The notes: generated by a model from the letters alone, not told the origin. Counted from the stretch's first letter, positions 18,161 to 28,070 are shown. The stretch: 64,000 nucleotides of DNA from Prevotellaceae bacterium (GCA_029226205.1 JAQXXT010000007.1:3921-67920), one strand, 5' to 3'. Translations and numbers: made by a program.

Positions 18161-20470
18161 ATGAAGAATTCTACATTTACAAATCAGGTACGTGCGCACC
18201 TCGCCGTCCTCTTCAAGAGCGTCATGATCCTCATGATGCTGGCTACCGTCGTGCCGTCCATGGCAGCAGTAGGTGACACTATTTTTATTGGTCAGGTTAA
18301 ATATATCGTACTCTCAGAGGATTTGCAAGCAAAACCTATGACAGGTACAGTATCTGCGTCTAGGGCTTATAATACCGATAAAATGCAGGGAAAATTAGAA
18401 ATTCTCCATAATTTCGGTCGTCGCTCTAATAATAGTCAAAATGGCATTATTATATACACTGTCACTTCTATTGACGATTATGCTTTCGGTGGTTGCGAAA
18501 ATCTCTCCTCTGTATCTATCCCTAGTAGTGTAGTGACCATTGGCAACGATGCTTTTGGCGGTTGCAAAGGCCTCACTGGCTCACTAATAATTCCCGACAA
18601 CGTAACCTCCATCGGATGGAACGCTTTTGGCGGTTGCGCCGGTCTCACCTCCCTCACCCTCGGTGAGGGATTGAAAACAATCGATTACTTAGCTTTCTCT
18701 GGTTGCGCCGGTCTCACCTCAGTGTCCATCCCCAATCACGTCACCTCTATCGGTGTCTCTGCTTTCAACGGCTGCACAGGTCTCACTTCACTCACTCTCG
18801 GCAACAGCGTGACCACGATTGGCAATTCCGCTTTCTCCGGCTGCACAGGTCTTACTGGCACGTTGACCATCCCTAACAGCGTAACGTCCATCGGCGCCTC
18901 CGCTTTCGAAAATTGCAGTAGCCTTACTTCTCTCATGATTCCCACAATGATTAAATTTACTGGCGACGTAGGTTTTATTGTAAAGCCAAGTCTCACAAGT
19001 ATTGGCAATTCCGCTTTCTCTGGCTGCAAAGGTCTCACAGGAACGTTAGTAATTCCCGATAGTGTGACCACGATTGGCAATTCCGCTTTCTCCGACTGCA
19101 CAAATCTCACCTCCGTCACTCTTGGTAGCAGAGTTAAGACCATCGGAGACTACGCTTTCAGCAGTTGCAAAGGTTTTATATCCCTTACCATTGGAAACAG
19201 CGTCACTACTATTGGTAAATTTGCTTTTGCTTTTTGCAAAGGTCTCACCTCCCTCACCATCGGCAATCACGTCACCTCTATCGGTGTCTCTGCTTTCAAC
19301 GGCTGCACAGGTCTCACAGGAACACTCACCATTCCCAACAGTGTCACAACAATCGGCAATACTGCTTTTAGTGCCGCTCATTTAACATCGGTTTTAATCC
19401 CAAACAGTGTAACGACGCTTGGCGTTGGCAACTTCACCGGCTTCACTAACACATCTCTCTATGTAAGTTATCCTTCTCATTTACAAAATTTTATAGGGGC
19501 AGGTAAGAGAGGTACTACCAGAATAGTCACGGTTCCATACGAATCTTGTAATGAAAATTTAGGAACAATGATAAATTCGACCATCTATTATATGGGCACG
19601 AACCTCTGGAACTCGGGAAACTTCACTAAGAGCACCCCGTACCTCCACACGTATGTCAAGCCCTCTGTCTACGAGGCCTGCAAGGACAGCGCAAAGTATG
19701 CCTCCCTCCTGCTGACTGACAAAATCCCCGTCACCTTCCCCACGGGGAAGAAGTATATCACGATGTGCCGTGACTTCGATGTTGATCTAAGCCATGCCAA
19801 CGACAACCTCCCAGCAGGCATCGAGCCACTAAAGGCATATGTCGTTGATAAAATGGACGATGATATGGAATCTATCTATATGAGTGAGATTAAGTACATC
19901 CCCTCCCGTTTGAAAGCCAATGTTGAAAACTATAAAGGTGTTGATGAATATGTCGGTGTCGTGCTGAAAGGTACGCCGGGATATACCTACTATGTCCAGA
20001 TGGGCGAGAATGACTATAGTAAAGGCGCAGATGGTCAGACTACCATTGCAATGGCACTTAGCGGCAGCAAGTCTACTAACAACGCCGCCAAGGCCAACGC
20101 CACGGAGTCCACCACTCCCCACGCCTACCTCGTCGGCGCTGCCTACCCTATGGACGTAAAGCCCGAGGAGACAGTGGATGGTGTAACTTACAAGACATAC
20201 GGACTGAAGGACAACGAGTTCAAGGAGTATGAGTCTGAGGGAGTTATCCCCTACAACAAGGCGTACCTCCGTGTCCCCGTTTCCACTACCACGGGCAGCG
20301 CAAAACCGGCGCTCACCATTGCTTTCCGTGACGATGACGGTACGACAAGCATTGAGCATGTCAGCATGGAGAAGAGCGATGACAATGCCACCTACAACAT
20401 GCAGGGCATGAAGGTTGGCGCAAGCTACCATGGACTTGTGATCCGTGGCGGGAAGAAGTTTATCCAGTAA
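18161..20470 (+). CDS. BspA-like leucine-rich repeat surface protein with T9SS C-terminal domain
   Basis: Many xIPNSVTTIGxxAFxGCTGLTS repeats; signal peptide; C-terminal YNMQGMKV...GLVIRGGKKFIQ. Confidence 0.9.
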   Translation: MKNSTFTNQVRAHLAVLFKSVMILMMLATVVPSMAAVGDTIFIGQVKYIVLSEDLQAKPMTGTVSASRAYNTDKMQGKLEILHNFGRRSNNSQNGIIIYTVTSIDDYAFGGCENLSSVSIPSSVVTIGNDAFGGCKGLTGSLIIPDNVTSIGWNAFGGCAGLTSLTLGEGLKTIDYLAFSGCAGLTSVSIPNHVTSIGVSAFNGCTGLTSLTLGNSVTTIGNSAFSGCTGLTGTLTIPNSVTSIGASAFENCSSLTSLMIPTMIKFTGDVGFIVKPSLTSIGNSAFSGCKGLTGTLVIPDSVTTIGNSAFSDCTNLTSVTLGSRVKTIGDYAFSSCKGFISLTIGNSVTTIGKFAFAFCKGLTSLTIGNHVTSIGVSAFNGCTGLTGTLTIPNSVTTIGNTAFSAAHLTSVLIPNSVTTLGVGNFTGFTNTSLYVSYPSHLQNFIGAGKRGTTRIVTVPYESCNENLGTMINSTIYYMGTNLWNSGNFTKSTPYLHTYVKPSVYEACKDSAKYASLLLTDKIPVTFPTGKKYITMCRDFDVDLSHANDNLPAGIEPLKAYVVDKMDDDMESIYMSEIKYIPSRLKANVENYKGVDEYVGVVLKGTPGYTYYVQMGENDYSKGADGQTTIAMALSGSKSTNNAAKANATESTTPHAYLVGAAYPMDVKPEETVDGVTYKTYGLKDNEFKEYESEGVIPYNKAYLRVPVSTTTGSAKPALTIAFRDDDGTTSIEHVSMEKSDDNATYNMQGMKVGASYHGLVIRGGKKFIQ

Positions 20471-20490
20471 GAATGTTAACATAGTGCAGT

Positions 20491-20991
20491 ATGATAGAAT
20501 CCAAGTTCTATTTCAGCAGGGTCTCCGCAATTGGAGCCCTGCTCCTTTCCTCTCTCGGGGCCCGTGCCGATGACGTCGGTATCAGTGCCTTCAATTCGAC
20601 TTCCAGCAGTATTTGGGGGTATGTCCCCACCGTTCAGCTTCTTATCTATGCTCTTGCGGGGATCATCGCTATAGTTGCCGCCATAGGTATCTATATTAAG
20701 ATGAATAACGAGGAGGGTAATACAAAGAAAGCTATCATATCGGCTGTAGGATCATGCGTGTTCCTTCTCGCCGCTGCCACAGGACTTCCCAAGTTCTTTG
20801 GTTATGACGGACAAACAGCCATTGCCAAACAAGGCTCGTTTGAAGGTTTCGCTGACTGGACAGCAGTCACCAAGGACGGTACAAAGCTCTTTGACTGGAA
20901 CGAGGTGAGCGACGAGATTTCATGGGCGCAAAACGACCCGTACCTCGACGGCAGCAAATGGAAGCCGGGATTCAACGGTTCCATATTATAA
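20491..20991 (+). CDS. DUF4134 / TraE-like pilin with C-terminal extension
   Basis: YVPTVQLLIYALAGIIAIVAAIGIYIKMNNEE...CVFLLAAA..LPKFFGY closely matches 27681-28067. Confidence 0.8.
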   Translation: MIESKFYFSRVSAIGALLLSSLGARADDVGISAFNSTSSSIWGYVPTVQLLIYALAGIIAIVAAIGIYIKMNNEEGNTKKAIISAVGSCVFLLAAATGLPKFFGYDGQTAIAKQGSFEGFADWTAVTKDGTKLFDWNEVSDEISWAQNDPYLDGSKWKPGFNGSIL

Positions 20992-21254
20992 TAAGGTATT
21001 AATTAATATTTAGGTGTCAAGCAATATATACTAGATTTAAAAGTAAAAAGGTTAGTCAAAAGGTTAGTTAAAGTAATTTCATTTAAAGTGTAGTTAATTC
21101 TCAAATTCTCTGATCCATGATTGACACTAACTGATGCGGCGGATAAATTCCCATTCATCTCGCCGTGTTTGTAAATCTCTCTAACTTTATTTTTTAAGGC
21201 CCACCCCAAGCTGTTTCTACTCTTGGTGGGCCTTATTTTTTAGAATTAAAAGTC

Positions 21255-21400
21255 TTGAAAACGAAACAACATATTATTGACAACAATACCCGTCTTGAAC
21301 AACGTCTCTACAAATCTTTGAAAGAGGTCAAGGAAGCGCAACAGGGTAAGTTGAAACTAAAAAAAAGGAGGATCTTCTTGATGAAATGGAAGACTGCTAA
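21255..21400 (+). pseudogene. Remnant resembling the C-terminus of a Bacteroidetes antitoxin
   Basis: KSLKEVKEAQQGKLKLKK / EDLLDEM, split at an A8 run. Confidence 0.3.
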
Positions 21401-21499
21401 ATGTGTTCTTGGCGGGAGAAAAGAAAGAAGCCCACCCGAGGATGTCGAAACATCTTCAAGCGGGCCGACGGCAGGAACTTCGCATTTTATCACAGCCGT

Positions 21500-23800
21500 T
21501 TATTTTAGGAATTCATACTCAAACAACGTAGGCAGGAGGTACTTATTATAATATCCCTTGAGTTTTACGGCGATGGTCTTCAAGTCTCCATTCAGCCCGG
21601 GATAATCATAAACAGTAGTACCATCATCATCCTTTCTTGAGGTATTCAGTTCTTTATCTATCTGGAAAATACCATACGTTTTGTTCGTATCATAGTTCGA
21701 TGTCTCCTTGGCTTCCTTGAGAATCTTATTCCACAAGTTAAGCAACTCCCTATCATCCTCATTAGGCATAAAAGCCTTCAAAGTCTCTGTAGCCAGTGTG
21801 TTTCCGTTGGAGTTGTCAAGACATAACTGATTGACATATTTCTTACCATCAAATCCCATGAAGATTCTCATGTGGTTCTGTTTCTCCAAACATGTAAAGA
21901 GCAGGCACCGTAAAAGGAAATCCCGCAACTTGCCGTTTCTAACATCCCTAGAGTACTTTTCAAACCCATCACCAGACTTGTTGATTCGTCCACGCATGGT
22001 CCACTCCCTGTTATTGGCATAGAAACGGGATGCGACGAACATGGGTAACTTTTCCAAGAAGTTATCCTTACGGAGATAAAAGCCGTGACCATCGTATCTC
22101 GTGGCAACTAGCAAAGAGGAGTCAAGATCGGGATTATCGAATCCCGAGCTATGGGCAACAAGATATCCAATAACATCACTGTCCGTTAAGGGCTTTACTG
22201 TACCAGTAGCCCGCTCTGTACCGTCGAGGGAACAATAAATACCTTTGCGTTCCTCTTCGGGATACACTGTTTTGTCATAATATTTCTGACTAAAGGTACT
22301 GTGAACCTTTCGTATAGGCAGATTCCCCTCTTTAAAGCATTTTCCATCAACAATGTTCCATGCTTCTACAATGAATTCGTCCGTATCAGCATCGTCAATA
22401 TTGGACCAATTGGCCACCATTATAGTAGCCTCTGTCTTACGATGGAAAAATTTGCGGTTAAAGGCATATCCGCCCAAGAATTTCTTCTCTACAAGGTGCT
22501 GCACCTTCCAATATTTGGGTGGTGAGAATACGATATAAGAATCTGTCGGTTGACGGAGATAGTATTGGAAAGCGCTCCAGATGAAGGCATTTCCTTTATC
22601 GTTTATAACACGTCCCAGTTTTGCTTTTTTCATCTCACGGACCACGAAACTGTCTTTCCAAGCAGAGCTGTCACGTCCTGCGCCACGACGTTGATGTTCA
22701 GCAGAAGTGGATTCAGTGAAGGGTGGATTCTCAAAAAGGATAACGGCGCAATCCGGATCGTCTATATATTGTCTGATAACTGGATTGTTCACGTAATCTT
22801 CTGACAAAGCGTCCGCTCCTCTGACCATTCCTTTATTAAAAGTATCATCTGCCTCGTATGGTGGAATAATTACCCTTGCCTTATCCCCGAAATTCTCAGA
22901 CAGAACCTTGTACTCGTAATATTCTACCGTAGAAACAATGACATGACTCAACTCCTCGTTTGTCATATCCTGTTCAAGATTGCCAGTGCCGGCGCAACGA
23001 TCGAGAATAATATAATCCTTCTTTCCTGCGTCTTCAACTCGTTTAATGGCAGCTCTTACCAGTTCTAGAGCCTTTCGTGCATACAGTCTGTCTGTATAGA
23101 ATGCTCCAAGATCTTTCTTGTTAAGATCTGCGTTGAGCATATCCATCAGATATCTGAAACGGTCATTATCCTTTCCCTCGTAAGGTAGAATATAATCTTT
23201 AAGGACATCAGGCTGTCTGATTTCTCCGACTATTTTTACTTTTCCTGTCTTGTCACCGATGAAAGATGCCTTGTCAGCCTTCGGACGCTTATGATAGAAA
23301 GTCGTAGCCCAGCCGACGATACAATTCTCATCGATATGAATCCGGGTATATTCCTCCTTACGGAGAATATTGATGATTTTCTCAGCATCCATTGGAGAAG
23401 TATAATCGTAGGTCGCAATAAGTTTACCTCCGTCCTCAAAATCATCATTACCTTGAGAAGACGGTCCAAAATAGACTTTTTCTATGTCATCAAGAAAATC
23501 CCCGGAATGATAAAGATAAGCCTTATGATCTGAGAAAGACACAAGAAGGATGTTTGAAGGTACAGGCTTCCCCTTTATTCTACGGGAAGAAAGGTACTTA
23601 ATAGCCTGTAAAAGCACTGCGTTCAAACTCTTGATGGATCTCTTGAACTCAAGGATCGTTCCTCTCACTATGCCATCGGAAAAATCACTGAGGACATTAC
23701 TGACATCGAGACTGGAATCAACACGAGGCAAGAAGGACTCATAGAACTCACGTCTGAGCTCATTCTCTTCCTTAACATCTATATGTTCAATACTAGGCAT
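21500..23800 (-). CDS. Fused restriction endonuclease / N6-adenine methyltransferase (Type IIG-like)
   Basis: N-terminal SDG.....LEFK nuclease motif; GAFYT, LDRCAGTGNL (motif I), ENPPF (motif IV); long C-terminal target-recognition region. Confidence 0.75.
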   Translation of the reverse strand: MPSIEHIDVKEENELRREFYESFLPRVDSSLDVSNVLSDFSDGIVRGTILEFKRSIKSLNAVLLQAIKYLSSRRIKGKPVPSNILLVSFSDHKAYLYHSGDFLDDIEKVYFGPSSQGNDDFEDGGKLIATYDYTSPMDAEKIINILRKEEYTRIHIDENCIVGWATTFYHKRPKADKASFIGDKTGKVKIVGEIRQPDVLKDYILPYEGKDNDRFRYLMDMLNADLNKKDLGAFYTDRLYARKALELVRAAIKRVEDAGKKDYIILDRCAGTGNLEQDMTNEELSHVIVSTVEYYEYKVLSENFGDKARVIIPPYEADDTFNKGMVRGADALSEDYVNNPVIRQYIDDPDCAVILFENPPFTESTSAEHQRRGAGRDSSAWKDSFVVREMKKAKLGRVINDKGNAFIWSAFQYYLRQPTDSYIVFSPPKYWKVQHLVEKKFLGGYAFNRKFFHRKTEATIMVANWSNIDDADTDEFIVEAWNIVDGKCFKEGNLPIRKVHSTFSQKYYDKTVYPEEERKGIYCSLDGTERATGTVKPLTDSDVIGYLVAHSSGFDNPDLDSSLLVATRYDGHGFYLRKDNFLEKLPMFVASRFYANNREWTMRGRINKSGDGFEKYSRDVRNGKLRDFLLRCLLFTCLEKQNHMRIFMGFDGKKYVNQLCLDNSNGNTLATETLKAFMPNEDDRELLNLWNKILKEAKETSNYDTNKTYGIFQIDKELNTSRKDDDGTTVYDYPGLNGDLKTIAVKLKGYYNKYLLPTLFEYEFLK

Positions 23801-23826
23801 AATATTGCTGTCTTTTAAATTCTTTA

Positions 23827-24045
23827 TTACTCGTCTGAGAGTCCCCAGTTTGTATCCCTGTCCTTTCGAATAAGTGTATTGATATAACGGCCCTTATTGC
23901 GTTTCGTTTTCAGATAAGGTAACAGATCCTCGTCGCAACGGAACGACATCAGCTTTTGCGTAACAATCCCCTTCTGACGCTTTTTTTTGTGCATCGGTTT
24001 GGGAGGTGAAGGCTGCTTGGCCTTGTTATCTTCTTTTTCTTCCAT
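23827..24045 (-). CDS. Small ribbon-helix-helix-like DNA-binding protein
   Basis: QKLMSFRCDEDLLPYL....NKGRYINTLIRKD beta-alpha-alpha pattern. Confidence 0.6.
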   Translation of the reverse strand: MEEKEDNKAKQPSPPKPMHKKKRQKGIVTQKLMSFRCDEDLLPYLKTKRNKGRYINTLIRKDRDTNWGLSDE

Positions 24046-24157
24046 GTTCTTTCGATTTTTGTTTTATTGCAAAGGTACAGAAATGTATTGACATAAGCAA
24101 AAATCGGGGTAAAACTTAACATAAATTGCGAGTTACAAGGCTGATAAGGCGGATCGA

Positions 24158-24232
24158 AGCAATTTAAAGTGTTAAGAAAATTACTATATATTCCAAGCGG
24201 TTATTATCTCGTGAAAAATCCGTTACTTTGCA
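24158..24232 (+). promoter_or_regulatory. Conserved upstream box plus -7 element (copy 2 of 3)
   Basis: Same box and spacing as 17835. Confidence 0.75.
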
Positions 24233-24273
24233 CAGATTTAGACATAAACATATAAAGTAAAATTAAGAGCAAA

Positions 24274-24456
24274 ATGAAGAAAAGAACTTACACCCCACCC
24301 AAGATTCACGAGGTCACCACAGAACCCCTGATGATTGGGATCAACACTTCCGGCGGCAAGACCAAGCCGGAGCTCAGTGACTCGAAAGAGTACGAACCCA
24401 CATTCGATGACGACTCCGAGGAAACGAGCGGAGACTTATGGAAAGAAAACGAGTAA
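24274..24456 (+). CDS. 60-aa YxxP peptide (paralog)
   Basis: MKKRTYTPPKIHEVTTEPLM...WKENE. Confidence 0.75.
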   Translation: MKKRTYTPPKIHEVTTEPLMIGINTSGGKTKPELSDSKEYEPTFDDDSEETSGDLWKENE

Positions 24457-24478
24457 CAACAACAAAAACAAATGTGAT

Positions 24479-26547
24479 ATGAAGAATTCTACATTTACAC
24501 ATCAGGTACGTGCTCATCTCGCCGTCCTCTTCAAGAGCGTCATGATTCTCATGATGCTGGCCACCGTCGTGCCGTCAATGGCAGCGGTGGGTGACACCTT
24601 CACGCAGGGTAAAATCAAATACACCGTCCTTAGTGAGAGCGGCAGTACTGGAACTGTCTCCGCCTCTAAAGCCGTAAAATTCATATACGGTGAACTGACC
24701 ATTCCTAAAAAAGTAGTTAATAATAATATAAGTTATGTTGTCACAACTATTCCAAAGTCTGCTTTTTTTTGTCTGGCATAAGAGGTTCCCTAGTTATCCC
24801 AAACAGCGTGACGACGATTGGCGATTTAGCTTTTGTTGGTAATGAACATATAACATCCCTCACTCTCGGTAGTAGTGTTGCGACTATCGGAGAATTCGCT
24901 TTCGATCATTGTTCTGGTCTCACTGGTACGTTGACAATTCCGAACAGCGTCACCAGAATCGGTTCTTACGCTTTCCGTGGTTGTACAGGCCTCACAGGCC
25001 ACCTAATAATTCCCAATAGTGTAGAAGATATAGAATACTTTTCTTTCCAAGGCTGCACTGGTCTTACTTCACTCACCATCGGCAATCACGTCATCCGCAT
25101 TGAGGAAAACGCTTTCCAAGGCTGCACTGGTCTCACTGGCGCCCTTATCATTCCAAATAATGTTACATATTTAGAGGCTGGTGTTTTTAGAGGCTTCACT
25201 GGTCTTACCTCCCTCACCATCGGCAATCACGTCACTGCCATAGGACCCTATGCTTTTGAGGGATGCACAGGCCTCACCGGTGCATTAACTATCCCCAACA
25301 GTGTAAAGACTATCAACTATTTAGCCTTTGATGATTGTACCGGCCTGACTGGTTCCCTCACAATTCCAGTTAGTGTAACAACCATAGGTTCAGATGCTTT
25401 CAATGGTTGCACAGGTCTCTCTTCTGTATCCATCCCGAACAGTGTTACCAATCTCGAGTATAATGCTTTTGGTACTAGAAATCCAGATTCGCCTTTCGTA
25501 GGTAGTAACAATATAAATTACCCTTCTCATATAAGATCTTTTGGAGGTATTTATACTGAAGGCATCACAACGATAAATTTGTCTAAACACTATGACGTCA
25601 CTGTCCCTTACGAGTCCTGCAATAAGAATCTCGGCTATTTTGAGAAGATGACCATCTACTACATGGGCACGAACCTCTGGAACTCGGGAAACTTCACTAA
25701 GAGCACCCCGTACCTCCACACGTATGTCAAGCCCTCTGTCTATGAGGCATGTAAGGACAGCGCAAAATACGCCTCTCTTCTGCTGACAGACAGCATCCCC
25801 GTCACTTTCCCCGCCGGGAAGAAGTATATCACGATGTGCCGTGACTTTGATGTCGATCTCCGCCATGCCAACGACAACCTTCCCGCAGGCATCGAGCCGT
25901 TGAAAGCATATATCGTAGATGACGTGGATGGAGACCTGAAGATGGTCTTCATGGACGAGATCAAGTACATCCCCTCCCGTCTGAAGGCCAATGTCGAGGG
26001 CTACAAGGGCTATGAGGAATATGTCGGTGTCGTCTTGAAGGGAACGCCGGGATATACCTACTATGTTCAGATGGGTGAGGACGACTACAGCAAGGGCGCC
26101 GACGGTCAGATGACGATCGCCAAGGCCAAGGCGCTCAGTGGCAATACCACCACAAGCAATGCCGCCAAAGCAAGCGCCATGGAATCAACCACTCCCCACG
26201 CCTACCTTGTGGGCGCTGCCTCCGCCATGGACGTAAAGCCCGAGGAGATAGTGGATGGAGTTACCTACAAGACCTACGGCTTGAAGGATAACGAGTTCAA
26301 GGAGTACGAGAGTGAAGGCGTAATCCCCTATAACAAGGCATACCTCCGTATCCCCATTTCCACGACCACGAGCAGTGCCAAGCCCGCAGTCACCCTCGCC
26401 TTCCGTGATGATGACGGCACGACAAGCATCGAGCATGTCAGCATGGAGAAGAACGATGACAATGCCACCTACAACATGCAGGGCATGAAGGTTGGCGCAA
26501 GCTACCATGGACTCGTGATCCGTGGCGGAAAGAAGTTTATCCAGTAA
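24479..26547 (+). pseudogene. Second BspA-like LRR T9SS protein, frameshifted at a T8 tract (24763-24770)
   Basis: Signal peptide nearly identical to copy 1; adding one T joins KSAFF to LSGIRGSLVIP. Confidence 0.8.
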
Positions 26548-26711
26548 TTTGGAGCTATATATATAATAAGGTGTAGAATGAGTGAAGCAGTACCGACCAC
26601 AGAGGCTGATACTGCTTCTTTTCATGTCTGCATCCACGTTCATCCATGTTTTACTATCATAGTGGAAATCTTAACAGAAATTGGGTATGAAACGCCCAGA
26701 TTTGCGCAAAT

Positions 26712-26787
26712 GAGCAATTTAAAGTGTTAAGAAAATTACTATATATTCCACAAGACTTATTTTTCAAAAAAATTGTTTTCCTTTGCA
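26712..26787 (+). promoter_or_regulatory. tra operon promoter with conserved upstream box (copy 3 of 3)
   Basis: gagcaatttaaagtgttaagaaaattactatatattcca ends 32 nt before TTTGCA. Confidence 0.75.
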
Positions 26788-26857
26788 GACAGAAACGGGC
26801 ACAGAACCTTTTCGAAGGGAGGAAGTGTCGGAGAATAACTAGATAATAAGTATTTAT

Positions 26858-27265
26858 ATGGGAACGTTTGGAATTTTCGCAATCATTGTCACGTTCATCC
26901 TCCTCGTCTACTATGCGGTGACGATAGCGGGAGACCTGACAAAGCTGAATAAGAAAAAGGAGGCCGAGGGCGCCGATATCATCCCCGCCGCCGAGATCCC
27001 CGAGGCCGAGGAGCCCGTCGCCGTCGTAGAGCATCAGGACGGTCAGTTCGGCATCAAGGAGCCGGGGAAGGACGAGGAGGTTGTTGATCCCGCCGAGACC
27101 ATCTCTCCCGAACAGAAGAAGAAGGTCGAGGAGGATATCAAGGCCGCCGAGGAAGAGTGTGAGCCGCAGGACTTCCACTATCAGGGTGAGCAGACAAAGG
27201 AGGAATTTGATGCCTTTTTGGAGGATTTGGCAAGTACGTTCGAGCCGCAAAGTGCGATTAAGTGA
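26858..27265 (+). CDS. Membrane-anchored acidic protein, first gene of the tra operon
   Basis: N-terminal TM helix (YYAVTI..DL) and acidic tail. Confidence 0.7.
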   Translation: MGTFGIFAIIVTFILLVYYAVTIAGDLTKLNKKKEAEGADIIPAAEIPEAEEPVAVVEHQDGQFGIKEPGKDEEVVDPAETISPEQKKKVEEDIKAAEEECEPQDFHYQGEQTKEEFDAFLEDLASTFEPQSAIK

Positions 27266-27266
27266 T

Positions 27267-27623
27267 ATGAGAAAGACAATTACTTTAAGATTGATGCTGA
27301 CAGTGGCGGGAGCTCTCGTGCCGCTGCTTGGAGCCACGGCGAAAGTTGGAGCCACGGATTACTCCGGAATCTCGGGATCGTTGGTCTCAATGAATACATG
27401 GGTCCTCGACTTCGCCTATTATGTTATCATGATGATCTATGCCATTGCCGTCCTCATGGGGCTATACAGTGCCACCAGTATCTATATTAAGATTCAGACT
27501 GGGGAGGAGGGATTCACAAGAAGCCTTATCATGCTTATCGGCGCTTGTATCTTCCTTGTTGCCGCAGTGCATATATTCCCGGCGTTCTTTGGACGTCTTC
27601 CGGTAGATATTTATACTAAATAG
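27267..27623 (+). CDS. DUF4134 / TraE-like pilin
   Basis: IYAIA....SATSIYIKIQTGE....IMLIGACIFL. Confidence 0.8.
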   Translation: MRKTITLRLMLTVAGALVPLLGATAKVGATDYSGISGSLVSMNTWVLDFAYYVIMMIYAIAVLMGLYSATSIYIKIQTGEEGFTRSLIMLIGACIFLVAAVHIFPAFFGRLPVDIYTK

Positions 27624-27680
27624 TTACATTAATATATTATTCAACGTTATTAAGTTTCATTTAAAAGTTTTCAAAACCGA

Positions 27681-28067
27681 ATGAAAAAGTTTTTTGTAAA
27701 GGCCAAGGCTTTCTGTAAGAATGCCGTCTCCAACACCGTGTACGTCTCCCGTGGCGCAGTTCTCGCAGCATTCATGTTCGCAAACATCGCTGCTATGTAC
27801 GCACAGAACGGTACTGTTTCTCAGGACACTGGTGTAGAGGCTCTTGGCAACACCACGACAAGCCTCTGGAAATACGTTCCCGCTGTCCAGAAGATCTGCT
27901 ATGCCATCGCAGGTGTCATCGCCATCGCAGGTGCCATCTCCGTCTACATCAAGATGAACAACGAGGAGCAGGATGTCAAGAAGAGCATTATGCTTATCGT
28001 AGGCGCTTGTATCTTCCTCGTTGCCGCCGCAACGTTCCTGCCCAAGTTCTTCGGCTATAACGGCTAA
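27681..28067 (+). CDS. traE: DUF4134 TraE (VirB2-like pilin)
   Basis: CYAIAGVIAIAGAISVYIKMNNEEQDVKKSIMLIVGACIFL. Confidence 0.85.
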   Translation: MKKFFVKAKAFCKNAVSNTVYVSRGAVLAAFMFANIAAMYAQNGTVSQDTGVEALGNTTTSLWKYVPAVQKICYAIAGVIAIAGAISVYIKMNNEEQDVKKSIMLIVGACIFLVAAATFLPKFFGYNG

Positions 28068-28070
28068 TCT

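Noticed and set aside
18161-26547. Diversity-generating retroelement (TR/VR pair)
   Set aside because: Differences between the copies are not adenine-specific and no reverse transcriptase is present
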